Of a stretch of 28,049 nucleotides of DNA, positions 17,631-26,388 are shown in pieces. The notes below the pieces were generated by a model. The model searched no databases. It was not told the DNA's origin and worked only from the letters and a program-made list of their open reading frames with translations. The position numbers and the translations under genes were made by a program. Origin of the DNA: Oligoflexia bacterium (GTDB taxonomy: Bacteria > Bdellovibrionota > Bdellovibrionia > JABDDW01); contig JAYTHU010000161.1 of assembly GCA_043732305.1 (NCBI GenBank), positions 1 to 28,049 on the forward strand, read 5' to 3'. Every line of letters starts with the position of its first letter. Position 1 is the stretch's first letter.

Positions 17631-18391
17631 TTTATTTTTTCTTCCACGCGCAAACGCGCCACAAAAGCATATTTCTTATCTGCTTGTTTCATACCTTGAT
17701 ATTGCAGCCAAGTGAATGATTCCGTTTTTTCTATTTCTATCCTTTGAATTTCTAGGACATCTCCAATTTTTGTTTCGGCCAAAAAATTTATTTCGTATTT
17801 TTTCAAATCCACTTCGGTGTGTCTTGAAAGCGGGATAGAGTCCAAAACCCATTGCGTGTAGCGCGTGTTGTTCACATGAAGATTCATATCCAAATCGGAA
17901 TTGCGAACTTGAAATTCGGCCACCGTTTCCAATTTTGAAACATCAGTGTGGAGTTCAATTTTTGTGCATTCGATATCCAGATGACCAATAGGGTTCGAAA
18001 CTTCTAACACTTCATCGGCCCCATGTTTCAGTGGCCGGTGGGTTTCAGAGTTTATTCTGAGCCAAGTTGAGGAACATTCTCCACATTTTTTTCCAGCGAC
18101 CCAAACTTCAAAGTCACGAATGGCGTGAGCACCTATCGGAGGGCGCACCCAAGTTTTAATTTGGAGTGTCTCACCCCATTTAGGCCAACGTTCCATAAAA
18201 AGTTTTTGCCGGGTCAAAACCCAAAAGGCTTTTTGAGCGAGGCTGGCCTCATAGCCATGACCCTGATCATCCGCATGGTTCCAGGCGGCATCTTGAAATA
18301 GATTCATGAGGGCAAAGATGCCGAGCTTTCTTTGCGTATTAACGAGGAGAGAATTGACCTTATAGTCTTGTGTCCAGATGATAGATTTCAT
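17627..18391 (-). CDS. Acyl-ACP thioesterase (double hot-dog fold)
   Basis: LFQDAA..HA, WVLTR...RWPKWGETLQIKTW and VRNSDLDMNLHVNNTRY motifs. Confidence 0.9.
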   Translation of the reverse strand: MKSIIWTQDYKVNSLLVNTQRKLGIFALMNLFQDAAWNHADDQGHGYEASLAQKAFWVLTRQKLFMERWPKWGETLQIKTWVRPPIGAHAIRDFEVWVAGKKCGECSSTWLRINSETHRPLKHGADEVLEVSNPIGHLDIECTKIELHTDVSKLETVAEFQVRNSDLDMNLHVNNTRYTQWVLDSIPLSRHTEVDLKKYEINFLAETKIGDVLEIQRIEIEKTESFTWLQYQGMKQADKKYAFVARLRVEEKIK

Positions 18392-18540
18392 AACACATCA
18401 AAATACGCTGGGACCCATGGTTTGCAAAGGGCAAAACGGTCTAAATGTCCTTGTTTTCGTTGCAGTGGGCAAGTTTGGGGTTGAATTAGTGCCCGGTTAC
18501 AGCTTAATTTGGACCTTCAGATTCCTGGCAATGATCAAAT

Positions 18541-18630
18541 GGAGAGATGGCTGAGCGGTTGAAGGCACTTGATTGGAAATCAAGCATACGGGTAACCGTA
18601 TCTAGGGTTCAAATCCCTATCTCTCCGCCA
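18541..18630 (+). tRNA. tRNA-Ser(GGA)
   Basis: GGAGAGA/TCTCTCC acceptor stem, anticodon arm CTTGA-TTGGAAA-TCAAG (GGA at 18575-18577), long variable arm ATACGG-GTAA-CCGTAT, T-arm TAGGG-TTCAAAT-CCCTA, discriminator G and encoded CCA. Confidence 0.97.
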
Positions 18631-18671
18631 CTTTTACCGTAAGTAATAGAAACAATTAACGAAAATTTTAT

Positions 18672-18700
18672 TTCCATTTCCCAGTGGGTTCCAGTGGAAC
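18672..18700. repeat. Tandem CCAGTGG repeats, candidate integrase arm-type sites
   Basis: CCAGTGG at 18681-18687 and 18691-18697 (10-bp period), between the tRNA and the integrase stop codon. Confidence 0.5.
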
Positions 18701-18703
18701 AGG

Positions 18704-20011
18704 TCAGCCTACAACTCGCAATTTCTTAGTTGGCTGTGGCTCAGGATCCTCACCGCTTTTCGCTTTCCAGAGTTTGTCGTTAAACGCTGTCAAAGCCGAT
18801 GATTCCCGCTGTGCATAAGGTTTCACGCTTGACCAGGTAGAGTTTCCTAGAAGCTGCTTGGCTAGATCAATATCACCGGTGGCGTTGAGCATCCAGCTAG
18901 CGCCGGTTCTTCGCATAACGTGAGTCCCCGTGAAATCGATCTTTGCTTTTTCTGCTGCTGAATCATAGGCATGTTGAATAAAACGATATTCCAAGGGTTT
19001 TTCGTTAAGGTGAAAAACCAAAGAACAAGTTCTCATCTTAAACAACTTTTCCAGCAACTCGTAGGCATCTGGGGCAATAGGGAGAACCTTTTCATCACCA
19101 TTTTTAAATCCTTCTTTAATGTAGGTTTTAATGTGGCGATTCCTAGTCCAGACGACGGATCGATGCACCGTGATCAAACGCCTGTCCCAATCCACATCCT
19201 CCCAAGAGAGAGCTGCAGCTTCACTGATTCTAAGAGCGCACGCCCTTTGAGTTCTGGCCAAAGTTTCAACAAGCAACGCGTTTTTGTGTTGCTTCATCTC
19301 CTTGGTCCAAAGCACGAATTGCCCGGGAGTCATGGGTTTTCTCATCTTTCCCCGAACGTTTCTCACTATAGCTGCTTCCCGATGCCTTTGCTTAACCGGA
19401 TAAACAAACTGATCATCATCGCGATATTCACTATAGTACCTAAGGATCCCAGAGAGAAGTTCAAGTTCGTGGAGAAAATTTAATCGAGTGGAATTCTGAT
19501 CTTTCACTACTTTTGGATCAGTCATCTTTTCTAGCCACTGATCAATCACGAGTGACGATATGGATCTAATTTCCATCCCGATAAAAAAATCCAAGTACCT
19601 AAGTGTTCGCTGATAAACAAGCTGAGTGGATTGTTGATAAGTCTTCCATTTTGCTTTCTTCCACATTTCAACAATCTCTTCAAACCTCGGCCCCTCTACT
19701 TTGAGAACCTCCGATTCGAATGATTTTGTTGAAATTTGAATTTCGGATGATTCTTGATTCAATCTCCAAATTCTTGCTTCTTGTAGTTTGTGAAAGGCCA
19801 TACTTTGGCGAATCGATTTACCAGCAATCTTAAGCCTACGAATGGCGCGATAGCCTTTGACCCCTTTAGGTGGGAAGTCATACTTTCTTAGTTCTTGGTT
19901 CCAATACCAGAGGTAGTAAATTCCGGGATTTTTCGGGACACCTGACTCCGTTTTGGGACCGCAAAACAATTCGAAATTAAAATCTCCAAATTTAGACTTT
20001 GTAAAACTCAT
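18704..20011 (-). CDS. int: Tyrosine recombinase / site-specific integrase
   Basis: ALRISEAAALSWEDVDW (R), FKNG (K), HVMRRT (HxxR), LLGNS (Asn at the H/W position), VKPYA (Tyr); N-terminal arm-binding-like region. Confidence 0.93.
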   Translation of the reverse strand: MSFTKSKFGDFNFELFCGPKTESGVPKNPGIYYLWYWNQELRKYDFPPKGVKGYRAIRRLKIAGKSIRQSMAFHKLQEARIWRLNQESSEIQISTKSFESEVLKVEGPRFEEIVEMWKKAKWKTYQQSTQLVYQRTLRYLDFFIGMEIRSISSLVIDQWLEKMTDPKVVKDQNSTRLNFLHELELLSGILRYYSEYRDDDQFVYPVKQRHREAAIVRNVRGKMRKPMTPGQFVLWTKEMKQHKNALLVETLARTQRACALRISEAAALSWEDVDWDRRLITVHRSVVWTRNRHIKTYIKEGFKNGDEKVLPIAPDAYELLEKLFKMRTCSLVFHLNEKPLEYRFIQHAYDSAAEKAKIDFTGTHVMRRTGASWMLNATGDIDLAKQLLGNSTWSSVKPYAQRESSALTAFNDKLWKAKSGEDPEPQPTKKLRVVG

Positions 20012-20322
20012 AACGTGCTCCTTTCATTGAGCCACGTTTCAAGCTGTTCCTTTCTAAATCTGAGTAGACCTCCGATTTTCACAAAAGGTATTTCATCTTT
20101 CCATACTAAATTGTAGATATGCTTTACTGAACATTTCAAAAATTTAGAAACGTCGTTAGCATTCCACAAATCATTTTCAAAGACCGAATCCTTTCTAGAA
20201 GGATAATTAAATTTATACTCTTCTCGTTTACCTTTTGCTAGTGGAGAATTTAGGCGGCCTTCCCTCTGAAATTCGCTGTGATCGCGAGTTTCAGATATGG
20301 CCCTTAAACCACCTTTTCTCAA
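20008..20322 (-). CDS. xis: Excisionase-like HTH DNA-binding protein
   Basis: LWNANDVSKFLKCSVKHIYNLVWKDEIPFVKIGGLLRFRKEQLETWL is a typical excisionase/HTH_17 pattern. ATGA overlap with int. Confidence 0.85.
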   Translation of the reverse strand: MRKGGLRAISETRDHSEFQREGRLNSPLAKGKREEYKFNYPSRKDSVFENDLWNANDVSKFLKCSVKHIYNLVWKDEIPFVKIGGLLRFRKEQLETWLNERSTL

Positions 20323-20804
20323 TCTAGAGGCCCTTTAAATGAAACCGTTTCAGGACCTTGAGGTCCCTCTTGTTGTTCAATTTGCAAGAGCTCATGTGAA
20401 GCGTTGGGCGTACCATTTTCAGAAATGTAAATATTTTTAATTTTTTTTATCTTCTTTTGCCGAATCGGCTCAATACGTTCAACCGGCCTCTGACTAAAAA
20501 GTTCTTCGACCGTGGGTGTGGTTCTACCTTCTGATTCTGCCTTTTCTATTTCTTCCAGGATCCACTTCGCGAATGCCTTCTCGCTGTAGAAGACTGTCTG
20601 GATTGATTTAATCTCGTCGGCGGAGAGCTCCGAAGAATGACTCCCAATAAGCCAGTTGCAAAACTTGGTAAGGGTCAACTTCGGTCCTTTCATATTTTTA
20701 TTTGCTTGTCCTAAGAGAGACTCAATGAGCTTTGCATTCTCCTCGGTGAACTCGATTTTAATACCCGCCATTTTCTTCTTGGGCTTGATCTCGTCTAAAC
20801 TCAT
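20319..20804 (-). CDS. Hypothetical ICE protein, possibly a ribbon-helix-helix DNA-binding protein
   Basis: Start reassigned to ATG 20804 (ATGA overlap with the upstream gene, GGAG RBS). Strand IKIEF followed by two helices is RHH-like; basic C-terminal patch. Confidence 0.55.
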   Translation of the reverse strand: MSLDEIKPKKKMAGIKIEFTEENAKLIESLLGQANKNMKGPKLTLTKFCNWLIGSHSSELSADEIKSIQTVFYSEKAFAKWILEEIEKAESEGRTTPTVEELFSQRPVERIEPIRQKKIKKIKNIYISENGTPNASHELLQIEQQEGPQGPETVSFKGPLD

Positions 20805-21031
20805 TCCGGACTCCAAACCGCATCTTTGAGTGTGCAGACTCTGTGGGCTTCTTCCCACCTTTTGCCTTCAAACTTTTCCTTTACCGTTTCGCACTTTGCA
20901 TTTGGCATAATGACTTTGGGAACGTGGGGGCCAGAATCGGTTTGCGAGGATTCTGATTTCTTTGTGGTTGAACAAGAGACTGCAGCGGATGCTAATAGCA
21001 CCGTCATACAGGTGGTTAATTTTTTATTCAT
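20801..21031 (-). CDS. Small lipoprotein, TraV/VirB7-like
   Basis: Strong AAGGAGGT RBS and lipobox AVS-C. PKVIMP...EEAHRVCTLKDAVW resembles the TraV C-terminal 'H.vy.vv...W' pattern. Confidence 0.6.
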   Translation of the reverse strand: MNKKLTTCMTVLLASAAVSCSTTKKSESSQTDSGPHVPKVIMPNAKCETVKEKFEGKRWEEAHRVCTLKDAVWSPE

Positions 21032-21174
21032 AGAGTACCTCCTTTGAATAGGGTTAGTGAGAGTAAGAACAGAAAAATTTTTTGCTCGGAAGAATAGAGA
21101 TAATGAGAGAGTGAGTACAAGTGATTTCGATGCGAGCGAAGCTGAAACTTAAAAATGTCCAAATGGGTATACAC

Positions 21175-22089
21175 TTAGGAAAAGTCTCCGACGGAGTACA
21201 GCTTTGAAGTGCCTGTAATCTTATGAGATTTTGAAAGTGTCAAAAGAAGCTGAGGGTATACATGTATAGAGTGAGTATAGGGCTTGTATACCTTTGGCAA
21301 AACAGGGTTTTCAGAGGTTAGTTTGTGAATGAGTTCTCGCATCGGCTTGCCTTTGGACTGACCTAGAGAAATCTTAGCTGACCAACCCTCACTCAAAAAA
21401 TCACAGACGAGCACAAAGCTATGAATATTCCTTTTTTCCATTTCAGTGTTCTCGAAGATGTTTCGGATATAGTTAGCAAGTGTAAGGTTGGGAACTATCC
21501 AAAGGACATGATGGATAATCTTGGTCGTGGAATAGAAGAATCCTGTCTGGAAATACTCTGAACTTGATTTAGGGTTGAGCTCTACCTCTAAAGAAATAAC
21601 CTTCTTTTTACCGTCCTCTGAAATGAACCAGTAGCCATCGGAGCGATGAGCGGAATCAACAGGAATTTCTTTCGGATATACTTCCAAATCGTAAGCTCGG
21701 AGCTCTTGTTCGGAAATCAGAGTAATATCTTTTTTTTCCCTCTTTAAAAAATCACAAATGTGAACAGCAGAGCATAGTAGGTCATGGCCAAGATGCTCCG
21801 AGCGATATGATTCTGATCTCAGTGGAGGAAGAAAAGGTTGAATGCTCTCAAATCCTTTTTTTCCGAGCGTCCAGGCAAATTTATTTCCAAGGGGCTGGAC
21901 TCTTCCCTCAATGTAACCTGCTTCCCAGAGTTTCTTTAGGCGATAGTAGGCATTTTGAGCATGGCAGTGGGAGTAAAATCTTTCTGCAATAGCAAGTGTA
22001 GTCGATGCTTTCCATTTCCATAGAAAGCAGAGAATGGCAAAGTCGCGCTTACTGCTTAATCTTCTCTCAACTTTCTTTTTTCGATTCAT
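21175..22089 (-). CDS. Replication-relaxation (Replic_Relax-like) protein, putative relaxase
   Basis: N-terminal wHTH (LSSKRDFAILCFL...AYYRLKKLWEAGYI...WTLGKKG), HDL motif and a PD-(D/E)xK-like core RSDG...ISLEVE. Confidence 0.75.
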   Translation of the reverse strand: MNRKKKVERRLSSKRDFAILCFLWKWKASTTLAIAERFYSHCHAQNAYYRLKKLWEAGYIEGRVQPLGNKFAWTLGKKGFESIQPFLPPLRSESYRSEHLGHDLLCSAVHICDFLKREKKDITLISEQELRAYDLEVYPKEIPVDSAHRSDGYWFISEDGKKKVISLEVELNPKSSSEYFQTGFFYSTTKIIHHVLWIVPNLTLANYIRNIFENTEMEKRNIHSFVLVCDFLSEGWSAKISLGQSKGKPMRELIHKLTSENPVLPKVYKPYTHSIHVYPQLLLTLSKSHKITGTSKLYSVGDFS

Positions 22090-23584
22090 TTTCCTCCATT
22101 TGTCTGGGATCGATGCCGAGAGGCACTAACTCACGAACTACCGTGCTTTCGGAAGTTCCGTGTTTGCATTCCGGCGGAGTTTTTTCGTTGCCAAGGAGGA
22201 AATGCGTTCTCTCAACGGATAAATGGGGAGTTTGTATTTCCGTCATTTCCCCTCCAATTTTTAAAATGGCTCGGCCTGGAATTTTAGGAAGGTTTGCCGC
22301 TCGTGCGTTATCCAAAATAATTTGGCTTGAAACATTGTTGGAGGCTTTGAAAGCGAGAACGAGGGACAAGTTGCTTTTGACGTGGACGTCAAGCGCTGCA
22401 ACATCTGGACGTTGAACTCCAATGATCAAGTGAAACCCTAAAGCTCTTCCCATTCTTGCAAGTTCACTAACTGCCTCTCTGCTTTCTGCGACTTCTCTTG
22501 ATGAGTTCTTTTTGTTTACCAAGTAGAGTTGTGCGGCCTCATCAATAGCAATGATGTGCCGGGGAAGAGAGGGCAGTTGTATGGTATTTTCATCTGGTGA
22601 TTGTGACCGCTCTCTACGTATCACCTCATACTCTTCCAGATCTTTGGCCTTTGCTCGCTTGAGCATGGAATATCTAGATTTCATCAATGCGCGGACTCGC
22701 TGGAGTTCAGAAAGAGCTGCGGCATGACTTTCAAACACTCGAAAATTTTTAGCGCCTTCAAAGATTTGACCCTCTAGATTATCCTTTAGATCTATGACGC
22801 TAAACTCGGTTCCTGGATTGTTGAAGGATAAAGTAGTTAGGATATGTCGAATGCTGCTAGACTTTCCGCCCCCAGACTCTCCAGAAATAAGAAGATGAGG
22901 AGTTTTAAGCAAGCTTCCCGCGACTTCTTTTCCTCGGGTTCTACCAATTAAAAACTGGAAATGTGGGAATCTATTGTAGTCAGTGCATTCAAATTTGGAG
23001 GGCATGGAAACGCTTGAGTAAAAAATGTCAACAGTTCCAGCTTCACGAGATTCCTCGATACTCTCGATGTGCATTCGAAGTCCTTGGCCTATGGCATTTG
23101 AATTGCTATTGAACTGTTCTAGCGTTAGATAGCGTTTCGAAAGACGCATTATCCTGTTGAGCTCATCCACCGGTTTGTCAAAAATTAGTTGTGGGACTTC
23201 GGCATGTCCGTTTTCCAGTTTGATACCTCGGAATGCATTTTGAATTTTCAAACCTAGGAATTTTAGGCGGCAGGCCTTGATATAGGCCCAAAACCAAAAG
23301 CCAGAGGTAACGAGCGGAATATAGGCGATATAAAAAACAATGAAGCTAAAGTTTAGTAAATTGGTAAGTCCTATGTGAGACAAAACCGCTCGGTCACAAT
23401 CGAGAAAGAGAAGAATTGAGAAAAAAGCACCGGGAAGAGTGCAAAGACCAATAGGAATCTCCCTGTTTTTCAGCCCGAGAAAGAGTGTTTTAGACAGCTC
23501 GGAACAGAAGCGAACACATGTCGCCGCTTTGTCAAAATAAAGTGCGGAGAGCTCAGCATTTGAGAGCTTCTTATTTTGTTCCAT
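22067..23584 (-). CDS. FtsK/SpoIIIE-domain membrane ATPase, putative coupling protein / DNA translocase
   Basis: Two N-terminal TM segments, PHLLISGESGGGKS (Walker A), VIDLK, IIAIDEAA (Walker B), ELARMGRALGFHLIIGVQRPD and LPKIPGRAI. Start MEQ at 23584 has a GAGG RBS. Confidence 0.9.
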   Translation of the reverse strand: MEQNKKLSNAELSALYFDKAATCVRFCSELSKTLFLGLKNREIPIGLCTLPGAFFSILLFLDCDRAVLSHIGLTNLLNFSFIVFYIAYIPLVTSGFWFWAYIKACRLKFLGLKIQNAFRGIKLENGHAEVPQLIFDKPVDELNRIMRLSKRYLTLEQFNSNSNAIGQGLRMHIESIEESREAGTVDIFYSSVSMPSKFECTDYNRFPHFQFLIGRTRGKEVAGSLLKTPHLLISGESGGGKSSSIRHILTTLSFNNPGTEFSVIDLKDNLEGQIFEGAKNFRVFESHAAALSELQRVRALMKSRYSMLKRAKAKDLEEYEVIRRERSQSPDENTIQLPSLPRHIIAIDEAAQLYLVNKKNSSREVAESREAVSELARMGRALGFHLIIGVQRPDVAALDVHVKSNLSLVLAFKASNNVSSQIILDNARAANLPKIPGRAILKIGGEMTEIQTPHLSVERTHFLLGNEKTPPECKHGTSESTVVRELVPLGIDPRQMEENESKKES

Positions 23585-24434
23585 TGGGATCGACCTCATC
23601 AAAAAGAATCGTGAAAGAGGTTTTAGCTGGAACTTCTATAACCGGTTTATCTTCTTTCAATGACTGCAGAAGATTTTTTGATTCATCGAGAGTGGAGTGA
23701 GCAGTCCCGTTGAGAATGGAATTCCTGACAGAATTTTCCGGAATATTTGCGCCATTCACATTTTGGGTATTTTCAAGCCCCTCAGACAATCCCCCGACAA
23801 ACCCGAGGCCTAGCCCTCCAATTACTTTTAGAGCCCGGTCACTGACTCTATTTCCATTGAGTCCGAGTATTTGATCTTTTATGTCGTAAGCATGGCCTTT
23901 GATCTTTACAGGGATGTGAGAGATTATTATTTTTTGAAATTCAATGTATAGACGATCTTCCGAGGAGTTGCCTTGGCCCAAAAGAATTGCTCCTTCAGAG
24001 ATTAGGTTTTCACCTCCGACGACGATGGGTTCGAGAAGTACGGCTTTAACTGGGCCATTGCTAGCCCCAGTGAAGAGCTCTGCGCGAACGGAAACTCCCA
24101 TAGGGATTTCGAATTTTTCTTTTCGACTTACAATCTCCGGCCCAAAAGTAATATCCGTCCTTTTCTTTCTCACTTCCTTTTTGGGCTGCTCAGTAGCATC
24201 AAATCTATGGAAATCAGCTTCAATGTTAAGTGGAGGGAGAAATCTGTTTTGAAATTGAATAGTTTCAATTGTTTTATGAGTCAGTGATAGGGAAACAGAA
24301 ATAGCAAATATCGTAATTAATACGGTTGTTAGGATTTTATTGTTGAGAACCCTTTTAAAGCCCTCTTGCTTCAACCACGGACTGATTTTTCCAACAGCTT
24401 TTTGTTTGAGATTGGAAAAAAGTTGAACGTTCAT
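23571..24434 (-). CDS. VirB10/TrbI/TraB-like T4SS core protein
   Basis: Single N-terminal TM, IPMG...PVKAVL...GAILLG...RLYIEFQKI...GLNG, a Gly-rich hairpin (GGLGLGFVGGLSEG) and C-terminal PVIEVPAKTSFTILF. Confidence 0.75.
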   Translation of the reverse strand: MNVQLFSNLKQKAVGKISPWLKQEGFKRVLNNKILTTVLITIFAISVSLSLTHKTIETIQFQNRFLPPLNIEADFHRFDATEQPKKEVRKKRTDITFGPEIVSRKEKFEIPMGVSVRAELFTGASNGPVKAVLLEPIVVGGENLISEGAILLGQGNSSEDRLYIEFQKIIISHIPVKIKGHAYDIKDQILGLNGNRVSDRALKVIGGLGLGFVGGLSEGLENTQNVNGANIPENSVRNSILNGTAHSTLDESKNLLQSLKEDKPVIEVPAKTSFTILFDEVDPNGTK

Positions 24435-24808
24435 TTTTGGACTTTCACGGAGATAGTATCGAAATCACGAATGAGTACAATCTCATCTGGATTTTGACTT
24501 CGAGAAACAAGGTCTAGTGCGTAACGTCTCCCTTCCAAATAGACAAAGAGGTTTGACTGAGCTGACGGATGAAGGGCCGCGATGGCCAGGTCATTCTCAA
24601 TGTATTCGATAGTGAAGGAGCCATGATTTCCGAGGACCACTTTTGAGGGTTTGGAGGGAAAACTGAGAACTGTTGATTTTCCAAATGACACAAAGACCTT
24701 CCCAATTTTTTTATCGTCCAACCGAAGTGTCCGAGCCTCACCAGCACGAGCTTCGTCCTGGAGAAGGAGAGGAATTAGAATGAAAAATGGCGCGAGGCAA
24801 ATGAGCAT
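24431..24808 (-). CDS. Short VirB9/TrbG/TraK-like periplasmic protein
   Basis: Signal peptide and beta-rich GKSTVLSFP...VVLGN...NDLAI...SNLFVY...RYALDL pattern, located between VirB8-like and VirB10-like genes. Confidence 0.65.
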   Translation of the reverse strand: MLICLAPFFILIPLLLQDEARAGEARTLRLDDKKIGKVFVSFGKSTVLSFPSKPSKVVLGNHGSFTIEYIENDLAIAALHPSAQSNLFVYLEGRRYALDLVSRSQNPDEIVLIRDFDTISVKVQK

Positions 24809-24821
24809 TATTCCTAATTTT

Positions 24822-25385
24822 CTAACGGGCCACCTCCGATTTTAAATTTTTTGTGTCTAACTTTATCTCCTTTAAATTTTCGATCCGAATTCCGTAAGGG
24901 TTTGCATCTGTTCGCGGCTGAACGGAGATAGTCGCCTCTAAACTTAGTGGGAGGGTAGATCTCACACTTCCCAATATGAAAATCCTTTCGGCTTCAAATG
25001 TAACTTGGTTTCCACTGATCTTTGGGGACTGGTTGTGAACGTAAATGATTTGAGAAATTCCTTTTTTTGAAAATTCGGATTGTTCTTTATTCCGCGCTGC
25101 TAATTCCTCATCGGAAAAAAATTCGGAGATCGGTTGAACCTCAGTGTCAAATCGATATGAGATCGCTTGCTTCAAAAATCCTTCCATCTCCTGATTAGTA
25201 AAATCTATGGACTTTGGAGTGATTGGCTTTGTAAAACAACCTCTTTCTAAAATAAGAGGAGTCTTCATGGATAACTTGTAAACTCCGACTCCTGCTGAAG
25301 TTAAAGCTCCGCAGCTTAAGAAAAGTAGGATTTTTAAAAACTGATTTTGCTTTTGGGTTTCACCCCATACTTCTATAAATTTCAT
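24822..25385 (-). CDS. VirB8/TraE-like bitopic membrane protein
   Basis: N-terminal TM, an NTF2-like periplasmic part ending RTDANPYGIRIEN (VirB8 'NPxG' motif), and an AGGAGGT RBS. Confidence 0.75.
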   Translation of the reverse strand: MKFIEVWGETQKQNQFLKILLFLSCGALTSAGVGVYKLSMKTPLILERGCFTKPITPKSIDFTNQEMEGFLKQAISYRFDTEVQPISEFFSDEELAARNKEQSEFSKKGISQIIYVHNQSPKISGNQVTFEAERIFILGSVRSTLPLSLEATISVQPRTDANPYGIRIENLKEIKLDTKNLKSEVAR

Positions 25386-25412
25386 TTTTCACCTCCTTGG
25401 TTCATTGTTAAA

Positions 25413-26387
25413 TCACTCATTCTCGGGAAAACCGTGGTTATCTTGTTGGCCAGGTTTATAAGAATTGCCGGTGTAGACACGATCGACATGTTTAAAAGCA
25501 TGAGTTTTTAGGGCGGTGAATTTCCCACCTGCATAAGTGCCTGCTCCCATTCCTCCGGACTTAGCTAAGCCTGCCGCACCTCCAACGGCTGCAAGTGCTC
25601 CAACTTTGATGGCAGAAGAAGGGTTTACCGAGACAGGCCCTACCTGAACTCCCTGTAATGACCCCATGAAGGCTGAAAGTCCCGGGCCAGAGAGCATTGC
25701 CACAATTTGGGGCGTTCTAAAAATCGCTGAGGCCATAATGAGGTTAAATACAATCACTGAGGGGAAACTGATCTGAAATCCTGGCTTGTTTATTTGTCCG
25801 AATGCCGTGCTCCACAATAGAGTAATTAAAATGGCCCACATCACTTTCCAAAGACTGACCTGAATTATACTGGAGTAAAGTGATCGTGTGACTTGAGAAG
25901 TCTGCGGAAAAATAAAAAATGCAATCAGAAGGGGAGAGAGAACGTAGAGAATCGTCCAAGTGAAGAGAAGTATCCCGTTACAAAAGAAGACGGAGTAATA
26001 CATGCAGGCGACTGAAACAAAAGAGATGATTGCAATGAGACTATCCTTTGCGAGGGGCCAAGCGTTATGCCATGAGAACTCGTGAAGCTTTTTAGAGAGT
26101 TCATTTAGAATCGTATTCACCTTGGTGATGTCTGTGATTTGAGAGGTGAGTCCGTCTATCAGCGAAGCAACCGTGTCCTGAAATTCAGTAAAGGTGCTTA
26201 GTAACAAAAATGCGATGAATACTCTTCCAATGAGCGGAGCAAAGCTGAGGCTTCCGCCCATAGGGAGTTTGAAATATTCCAGGCAGATTGAGATAACCAG
26301 AAAAGTTGAAACCATCATGTAGAACGATCCAAGAAATATATCGTGGATTCTTTTTGCTTCGGTTGCGAGCCAAGCGACGTCCATCAT
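25413..26387 (-). CDS. VirB6/TrbL-like polytopic membrane protein
   Basis: Five to six hydrophobic segments, LSPLLIAFFIFP, TPQIVAML and a Gly/Ala-rich tail; positioned after the VirB5-like gene. Confidence 0.75.
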   Translation of the reverse strand: MMDVAWLATEAKRIHDIFLGSFYMMVSTFLVISICLEYFKLPMGGSLSFAPLIGRVFIAFLLLSTFTEFQDTVASLIDGLTSQITDITKVNTILNELSKKLHEFSWHNAWPLAKDSLIAIISFVSVACMYYSVFFCNGILLFTWTILYVLSPLLIAFFIFPQTSQVTRSLYSSIIQVSLWKVMWAILITLLWSTAFGQINKPGFQISFPSVIVFNLIMASAIFRTPQIVAMLSGPGLSAFMGSLQGVQVGPVSVNPSSAIKVGALAAVGGAAGLAKSGGMGAGTYAGGKFTALKTHAFKHVDRVYTGNSYKPGQQDNHGFPENE

Positions 26388-26388
26388 T

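Noticed and set aside
18971..19483. 170-aa plus-strand ORF inside the integrase
   Set aside because: Antisense to a well-supported gene, with no RBS or recognisable motif.
20173..20185. boxA-like GGTCTTTGAAAAT inside xis (similar ATCTTTGACAAT near 13199)
   Set aside because: Short AT-rich matches inside coding sequence, explained by F-E/D-N codons; no supporting boxB seen.
20805..20858. Longer start for the 20319 ORF
   Set aside because: It overlaps the lipoprotein gene. ATG 20804 gives a canonical ATGA coupling with an RBS.
22067..23584. Chromosomal cell-division ftsK or T7SS EccC
   Set aside because: Single ATPase domain, no long linker or gamma domain, and embedded in a conjugation operon.
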